Below are positions 47,172 through 53,279 of a stretch of DNA of 53,279 nucleotides, in pieces. Numbering within the stretch: position 1 is the first letter of the stretch; each line of letters opens with the position of its first letter. The position numbers were made by a program, and so were the translations under genes. The stretch is from an uncultured bacterium. Its GTDB lineage: Bacteria; CAYUVA01. The notes under the pieces are model-generated. The model searched no databases. It was given only the letters and a program-made list of their open reading frames with translations, and was not told the origin of the DNA. The DNA is taken from contig CAYUVA010000001.1 of the NCBI GenBank assembly GCA_964448115.1, positions 124,001-177,279 of the forward strand, given 5' to 3'.

Positions 47172-47536
47172 TCAAAGGCATTCTTGTATCATCAGCCTAA
47201 TATTTTGCTTCAATCTAATTATTTACATTCTCTGGTAGGTGAAATCGTATCTTGACATTTTCAGACAAAACCGATAGCCATCGACCCCCACCATCTAGGT
47301 AGTTATAGCCAAAGGCGCACTAGAATGCGATGGAAAACCTCACCAGGAAAGCCAGTAAAGACCTCGCAAACCTTCTTTTGCCTGGACGCGGATACCTGCC
47401 AAACAATAGCTTTCACCAGTTGTATGATTTCAAGTCAGACTTTCGTTTCAAATGAGGGAATTTGTAAAATAAACTCCTCCCTAAAAATCGCTGATTTTAT
47501 CGGGACAAAGATCGCAAAGTAGGAGAGAGCGATACT

Positions 47537-50500
47537 CTACGGCTTATGGAAGTATGGCCACAGGTTGCCTATATTCCCCGAACGGTCAATGGGGATCATC
47601 TGGAATAGCCAATATCCAGGCTCAGGCGTGATGGAATACCGAGGGCAGAATGCTTGGTAGGTAAAGATTCCATCCCCAGGTACCAGGTCGCCGTTTTCAC
47701 CGTTGTCATTGAGGGTGATATCGAGCGGTTCGTAATTGTAATAAATGCCGATGCCGAGTATATCCTCAATCCCCTGCGGATCAACCGCCAGCGCAACCAT
47801 CTGCAACACCCCGCCATCAGTAGCCCTCAGCTCGGTAATTCCGTAGCCAGCAAGTACTATAGCAGGGTCAACATCAGCATTCTTGGAGCCAATCCCCATT
47901 ATAGCCTCCAATTGGGCGACCTCCCAGCTCGTGTGGTATGCCATAGCCTGGCTTTGCTCCTTGGGGTGGATGGTCAGGTAGGGCCAGCGCTCGGATAGGT
48001 TGCCCTCGCTGTCTCGACAATACAGCTCGAAGTAGCCGTAAGGCTCATTATGGTAATGGGGAACTTTTACGCCCAATGCCTGCCAGAGATTATCGTTCAC
48101 CTGCTCCATATAGCGCCCAGTCCAGGCTCCCTCGAACAGGATACTAACCTTCTCAACGGGCGTCTGCCCATCGATTGGTTGTATATATGCAGCGATGTCA
48201 ACCAGGGCATCATCGCCCAACTCGTAATTGGTGTTAAGGTATCCGGCCATGATGATCTTGGGTCTATCTTGGCTATAAGTATGGGTGGCTGTCCCGGTGG
48301 GAGTCGATGTTGGCTCCGGGGTCGGACTTATATATTGCGTATAGGTCGGGGTGGGGGTATAACTCGGTGTATCGTGAGGCAATGGAGTCGCAGCTATGAT
48401 ATTTATTAAATTCATCTGCAAACAATCGTCTTTAGCCCATTTTATTGCTACCGTATCAATATTGCTGACCCTTATCCTATTGAACTGCTGCATCTTTGAA
48501 GCATTGGATATTGTCAATACTTCCTCGAAGATGCCGGTATCAAGGTCGGTCTCCTTAAGTTCCATGATGATTCCCTTTGAGTCATTGAAGGAAACAATCC
48601 AAACCGGCACGGTTCCACGCTTCTTCAGGTCAATATCCGAGCCATATCCGCGAACCAGAACATCAACTGGCAGCGTGGTAAGATATTCAGGCAAGTCATT
48701 CATTGTTGGATACTCGTAAAGCTCCAGGCTATCCAGAGAAGATATCATCTCCGAGTCATAAGGATAGACAATGTAGGCATTATTCGACCCAGGAGCGCCG
48801 ATGATCAGGTCCTGTCCCGACTTGAAATCGAGCTGTGCATCGCCGGCGACCGAGAATCCGACCTTCTGATAGCGTCTGCTCCCGATAAAGGATGCGCTGG
48901 AGTCATCTGCGCTCATCGTGCTTGCCCATTGTATCATGCCCCCTAAATACAGATATGCCTTTCCGGCGTATTTGTAGTATTGGCTGTAGTGCGGTGCTCC
49001 GACCAGGAAGTCCTTCACGCCATCGCAATCAACATCCCCAGCGGTGGCTATGGAGTATCCGAACATATCGCCAGCGGATTCGCCGACTATGATGGAATCT
49101 GCCTGGTCAGCGCTGCTTATCTGCTCCCAGGCATCGCTGCGACCCAAGTAGATATATACCTTGCCGACCTGCTCATTATTCAGATATCGTCCAGGCGCGC
49201 CGATGGCAAAGTCGCTCAAGCCATCGTTATTTATATCGCCAATGTAGCTTAGCGAGTAACCGAAGCGCTGGTCGTGCTCCACGCCGTTTATCGGGTAGTA
49301 GCTTAAATGGTAGCTGGGAGCACCTAGGCAAAGGTATATTCGCCCCGGTGATGTGTCAAGATCTGCATCGTAATATCTCGGTGATCCAATGAGGAAATCA
49401 TCGTAGCCATCTCCATTCACATCGCCGGCATAACCTACAGATTGCCCGAAGCTGGGATCTTTATCAAGAGATGGCAAATAATAAATATTATATATATTAT
49501 AACTATATCTTGATGGATTATAAGATATAATTGCATAGGTATTGTTTAAGGTGCTCTGCAAATCAAGATCAATATTCTTGAAATTAACAGATGTGGCAAC
49601 ATAGTCCTCCAAACCATCACCGTCGATATCTCCGATGCGAGAGCAGTTTATATAAGAATGCCAGGGAAACTTAAAATATAATAAATCATCAAATCCGCCT
49701 GATGTTAACTGATATACATAAATATAGCTCGACGAGTAATCGTCCCTAGTGTAACTGCACAGGAAATCCATATTACTAGTGGGAGTTAAAGATACTGTCT
49801 TATAATATTCACTTTCTATCCTATCGAACTGCCCCACATCGACAAGGCCATATAAGGGATCTTTCAGTCCATGAACGATGAAGCTGATTATGCCTGAGCT
49901 AGACTTCGAATTGCTTTTATAAACATGATCTTGGCTCTTGTAGAGTTTTTCATCCAAATCAGGTATTATTGTAGGTAGTTGAGTCGGTGTGTAAGTAGGT
50001 GTGTGGGTGGGATATTCGAGATGAAAATCAGCGGCTGCGAAACCAAGATCAGTTATAAAATCCCCATCGATATCTCCCAGGGGCATACATTGGTAGCCAA
50101 ATCCTCTACCTGGTGTAGGAGTCGGTGTATTGGGTCCAGTGCTTTGGGCGTCTTTACCAGCTAGGTCGATCGTGGACATTTCAATCTCTATTTCGCTTTT
50201 ATAACTAGTCGCTTGGCGGGCAGCAGATGGCAATCCATCATAATAAATCAATGTACAATCAACCGTATCTACCATGGTGTCGTTCGCATACTCAAGCCCG
50301 CAGCACGGCGTATAGGAGGGGAACGGCTTCAGCGGAGCTATTGTCATGGTTACCGTTGGCGTAAAGGTGGGTGTTGCGGTGGGAGTTTTAGTAACTTCAG
50401 ATGGTTGTGGCGTATTCGTGGCTGTTGGGGTGGGTGTATTGGTTGAGCTGGGAGTATTGGTTATCGTGGGAGTGCTTGTCGGCGTGGGGCTTATCATCGA

Positions 50501-53146
50501 GTCGATCTTGTCAATGGTGAGATATGGCCAAGGATCGCTTTTATTTCCCATGTTATCGATAGCAGTCATCTCGACCAGCCAAGCGCCAGCGCATCCTTGC
50601 AAGGCTCCTGGATCAATTTGAAATGCCCTAGAGAAGATCCCATCGTCAGCTATCCCATCTCCGTTATGCCCATCATCATGAAGATACACGCAGATATCTG
50701 TCCCTGCAAAACAAGCTTTTACTCCCATAATTGGATTATCCAGGGAGTTTCGTTGAGGAACAGCTTCCATATACAATACGCCGCCATCTTCTATAGATAG
50801 CTTGCTGCCAACGAAACCAGCTTCTATAATTTGGGGGCGTTTCCATTGCGGATAAGGATTCGGAATATAAGGATTAGGTGGCTGTAATGGGAAGCCATCG
50901 AAGCCGCTAAAGCTGTACTGCTCATCAGCGGTCTGCGCAATATATAAATAAGGCCATGGAACACTTGTATGACCAAGCTTGTTTTCGGCTACCATCTGAA
51001 AGAGATGATGTCCAGGACTCATTCCAGCCGGCATCTCTTGCTCCAGCACGAAGCGATCTTGCTCCCAATCATAATCGAATTCAGCCTCTATAGGCAGCCC
51101 AGCATAATATATCTTCAGATCAGCATGGTAATTAGAGCTGAGTTTTGCCCTTGCTTTAAGGATTCCGCCGCTCTGTTGGCTGATGCGTGATTCGCCAAGA
51201 CTGCCATTTTCGATGGTCAAAGGGGGTGTTACCGGCTGATAGTCGGGGATATGATGACCAATGTAATAAGTTCCTGATTTATTTAGAAAGATATTATAAC
51301 TATCGTTCAAATCGATAAAAAAGAATTCGGAAGGATCATCTAAGTAAACATCTCGAATCTCGGAATCAATAACGATCTCGCGCATATCTGATATATCGAA
51401 AAGCCTTCCCGCATAACAATAAAAAGTCAATACTTTATCATTTCTTAAATATGCAGATCGATAACTATAACTAGAATAAGGCTTGTCAGTAGGATATGAT
51501 GACCTCAAGAAAAGCAAATCACCATCACCGGATGTTTTATAGATCCTTATATTTCCTGAGAAATTCAGAAAATAATTCTTATAAGCGATACTATCAGATG
51601 GATCAATAGCTCCATAAATGTTTGCATTTTTCCATTTTTTCAATCCTGCATTATTGCCAAAGGGTTGATATGAAAGTAGATATGAATTTCCTACAAGATA
51701 TAGGTAATCATGGAAATAAACGGCAAAGGTGTCATTTGGCTTTATGAATATATTCTCAAGTGTAGGTACCAGCGTTGATGGATCATAAATAAAAAGAAAA
51801 TTACCGCTTTGAATAAATAAATAATCCTTTTGATATGTTGCATGATCGATCTTATATGGTAGTAAAAGATAGTTTATCAAATCAATTGTAAAATTATCAT
51901 TTATCCTCAAATATATAATATCAGTTCCATTGGTTGTTAAGTATAAATAGCGTCCACTACGATTAACAAATCTATATCCCGGAAGCGATATCTCTAAAGA
52001 ATTAATATCAAGTCCAATATTCTCATTGTCAATAAATGTAAATTTCAATACATTCTGATCAGATTCTTCAGTATTACTAATATATACATGATATCTACCC
52101 CACCTGAAAACATTATCATATTTGAATGTCGGATTAATATCGATCTCAAGAGAAGAACATTCTTCCAGGTTACATTCGAGATCGAATCGGTATAGCTTTA
52201 TCGAATTATTTTCCGAGGAAACTATCCATTGATCAAATATGCGATCATCTGCTGAGGTTTTGAATGAAAATTGGCACTTTTGCTCTGGCGAGAAAATGTT
52301 AGATAGATCATATATCTTCCCTGGGTGAATATATGCATAATTTCCAAGTAAATGTAGGTTAGACGCCGTCCATCTAATAATCCCTTGTGGTTGCGGATTG
52401 AACGGATCACTTAGATCAAAAATATTCATAAAAGGATTAAATATCAGTAGGTAATTTTTATATTTCTTTATCAAAATAACATCGCCAGAAATCGGAAATG
52501 ATGAAACATATTGTGGATTATTCAAGTCGTTTATATCATATATTTTGATAACACTATTGTATTTATGCTCCCCCTCATCTACAATATATAGCCTATTAAA
52601 ATCTATGAGATGGTCATACCAGATAGTGTCGATAACGCTATGTTCTTTTAATGTATTTTTATCAATATAATAAATGATAAATTGACTATATGTTTTACAC
52701 GAAGAACATGTTTTAGACCTGGCGCCATACAAAAGATTTCTATCCTTATCAACAAAAATATATCCCTTAAAAGAACTATCACCTAAATAGGAAATATTGT
52801 GCAGATCACTTAAATCATATAGAAATATCTTATCATATCCGCATTTTAATATTAAAATATCGTTATAAATCAAATAAGAATCTAAATAATTAGTTTCTAT
52901 CTCATCTCCTATTATATCAATATATTGCAAATTATAAGGATCAGTAATATCAAAAATTACGATTCGGCTTAGATATTTTGCCTTATATTCAAAAAATAGA
53001 AAATTCTCGTATATAACAGGATTGTCGATGCTCCTGTTGAAATATGGTATATGTTCCAACTTCCAGCTACCACAAGCCATTCCCGACAGAAAAAGGACAA
53101 GCGTTATCGCTAGTCCGACTGTCCTTAATGATTTGATTTTGCTCAT
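47537..53146 (-). CDS. Giant secreted/surface protein: LVIVD-like repeats, FG-GAP (integrin-alpha-like) repeats, Thr/Pro linkers, four copies of the shared domain
   Basis: Signal peptide; IFDITDP/IYDINDLNNP/IFDLSDP repeats; GDVNGDGYDDFLIGSP, GDINNDGLSDFAIGAP, GDVDCDGVKDFLVGAP; four ...WPY-ending domains. Confidence 0.9.
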   Translation of the reverse strand: MSKIKSLRTVGLAITLVLFLSGMACGSWKLEHIPYFNRSIDNPVIYENFLFFEYKAKYLSRIVIFDITDPYNLQYIDIIGDEIETNYLDSYLIYNDILILKCGYDKIFLYDLSDLHNISYLGDSSFKGYIFVDKDRNLLYGARSKTCSSCKTYSQFIIYYIDKNTLKEHSVIDTIWYDHLIDFNRLYIVDEGEHKYNSVIKIYDINDLNNPQYVSSFPISGDVILIKKYKNYLLIFNPFMNIFDLSDPFNPQPQGIIRWTASNLHLLGNYAYIHPGKIYDLSNIFSPEQKCQFSFKTSADDRIFDQWIVSSENNSIKLYRFDLECNLEECSSLEIDINPTFKYDNVFRWGRYHVYISNTEESDQNVLKFTFIDNENIGLDINSLEISLPGYRFVNRSGRYLYLTTNGTDIIYLRINDNFTIDLINYLLLPYKIDHATYQKDYLFIQSGNFLFIYDPSTLVPTLENIFIKPNDTFAVYFHDYLYLVGNSYLLSYQPFGNNAGLKKWKNANIYGAIDPSDSIAYKNYFLNFSGNIRIYKTSGDGDLLFLRSSYPTDKPYSSYSYRSAYLRNDKVLTFYCYAGRLFDISDMREIVIDSEIRDVYLDDPSEFFFIDLNDSYNIFLNKSGTYYIGHHIPDYQPVTPPLTIENGSLGESRISQQSGGILKARAKLSSNYHADLKIYYAGLPIEAEFDYDWEQDRFVLEQEMPAGMSPGHHLFQMVAENKLGHTSVPWPYLYIAQTADEQYSFSGFDGFPLQPPNPYIPNPYPQWKRPQIIEAGFVGSKLSIEDGGVLYMEAVPQRNSLDNPIMGVKACFAGTDICVYLHDDGHNGDGIADDGIFSRAFQIDPGALQGCAGAWLVEMTAIDNMGNKSDPWPYLTIDKIDSMISPTPTSTPTITNTPSSTNTPTPTATNTPQPSEVTKTPTATPTFTPTVTMTIAPLKPFPSYTPCCGLEYANDTMVDTVDCTLIYYDGLPSAARQATSYKSEIEIEMSTIDLAGKDAQSTGPNTPTPTPGRGFGYQCMPLGDIDGDFITDLGFAAADFHLEYPTHTPTYTPTQLPTIIPDLDEKLYKSQDHVYKSNSKSSSGIISFIVHGLKDPLYGLVDVGQFDRIESEYYKTVSLTPTSNMDFLCSYTRDDYSSSYIYVYQLTSGGFDDLLYFKFPWHSYINCSRIGDIDGDGLEDYVATSVNFKNIDLDLQSTLNNTYAIISYNPSRYSYNIYNIYYLPSLDKDPSFGQSVGYAGDVNGDGYDDFLIGSPRYYDADLDTSPGRIYLCLGAPSYHLSYYPINGVEHDQRFGYSLSYIGDINNDGLSDFAIGAPGRYLNNEQVGKVYIYLGRSDAWEQISSADQADSIIVGESAGDMFGYSIATAGDVDCDGVKDFLVGAPHYSQYYKYAGKAYLYLGGMIQWASTMSADDSSASFIGSRRYQKVGFSVAGDAQLDFKSGQDLIIGAPGSNNAYIVYPYDSEMISSLDSLELYEYPTMNDLPEYLTTLPVDVLVRGYGSDIDLKKRGTVPVWIVSFNDSKGIIMELKETDLDTGIFEEVLTISNASKMQQFNRIRVSNIDTVAIKWAKDDCLQMNLINIIAATPLPHDTPSYTPTPTYTQYISPTPEPTSTPTGTATHTYSQDRPKIIMAGYLNTNYELGDDALVDIAAYIQPIDGQTPVEKVSILFEGAWTGRYMEQVNDNLWQALGVKVPHYHNEPYGYFELYCRDSEGNLSERWPYLTIHPKEQSQAMAYHTSWEVAQLEAIMGIGSKNADVDPAIVLAGYGITELRATDGGVLQMVALAVDPQGIEDILGIGIYYNYEPLDITLNDNGENGDLVPGDGIFTYQAFCPRYSITPEPGYWLFQMIPIDRSGNIGNLWPYFHKP

Positions 53147-53279
53147 ATTATCTATCCCCCTATATGGGTATTTTGCTAATACTCTAGGATGTTCAGGTAT
53201 GGCCAGAGAAGGCTATCTCTGCCCCAAATATCATGAGCCACTAGCTCGAAAAGAAAAACCCCCGGCAGCACAGTAAAAT

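Noticed and set aside
47325-47522. 65-aa ORF between the convergent secreted-protein genes
   Set aside because: No RBS or motif; probably intergenic or decayed sequence.
45330-53146. Diversity-generating retroelement acting on the repeated terminal domains
   Set aside because: No reverse transcriptase in the window; the copies are far too divergent and not adenine-specific variants.

Overview
A 53 kb bacterial chromosomal segment from a diderm (it carries a lipid A acyltransferase), probably a poorly characterised lineage. It mixes housekeeping genes (gamma-carbonic anhydrase family, cobB, grpE-dnaK, lpxL-like, rseP-dxr, hemB-meaB, ebfC-recR) with envelope and glycosylation genes (two GT2, two GT-C-like, an AlkP-family lipoprotein, two B12-binding radical SAM enzymes). 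It also holds an ArsR-permease-thioredoxin-YeeE operon with a 44-bp palindromic operator, and three large secreted modular proteins. Best leads: (1) a ~100-aa domain ending G-N-x-[SG]-x-x-W-P-x-L, present in 6 copies across the three secreted proteins and always at their C-termini, a candidate lineage-specific surface anchoring/sorting module; (2) a near-consensus sigma54 promoter directly before a ~190-nt multi-hairpin element upstream of an NCS2 purine permease, a candidate new sRNA or leader; (3) a stand-alone AT-rich Schlafen/AlbA_2-HATPase-TPR gene, a candidate anti-phage protein; (4) a very divergent 1016-aa two-domain GlnE/GlnD-like nucleotidyltransferase. No tRNA, rRNA or CRISPR array was seen. 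All assignments come from motif reading by eye; no searches were run.
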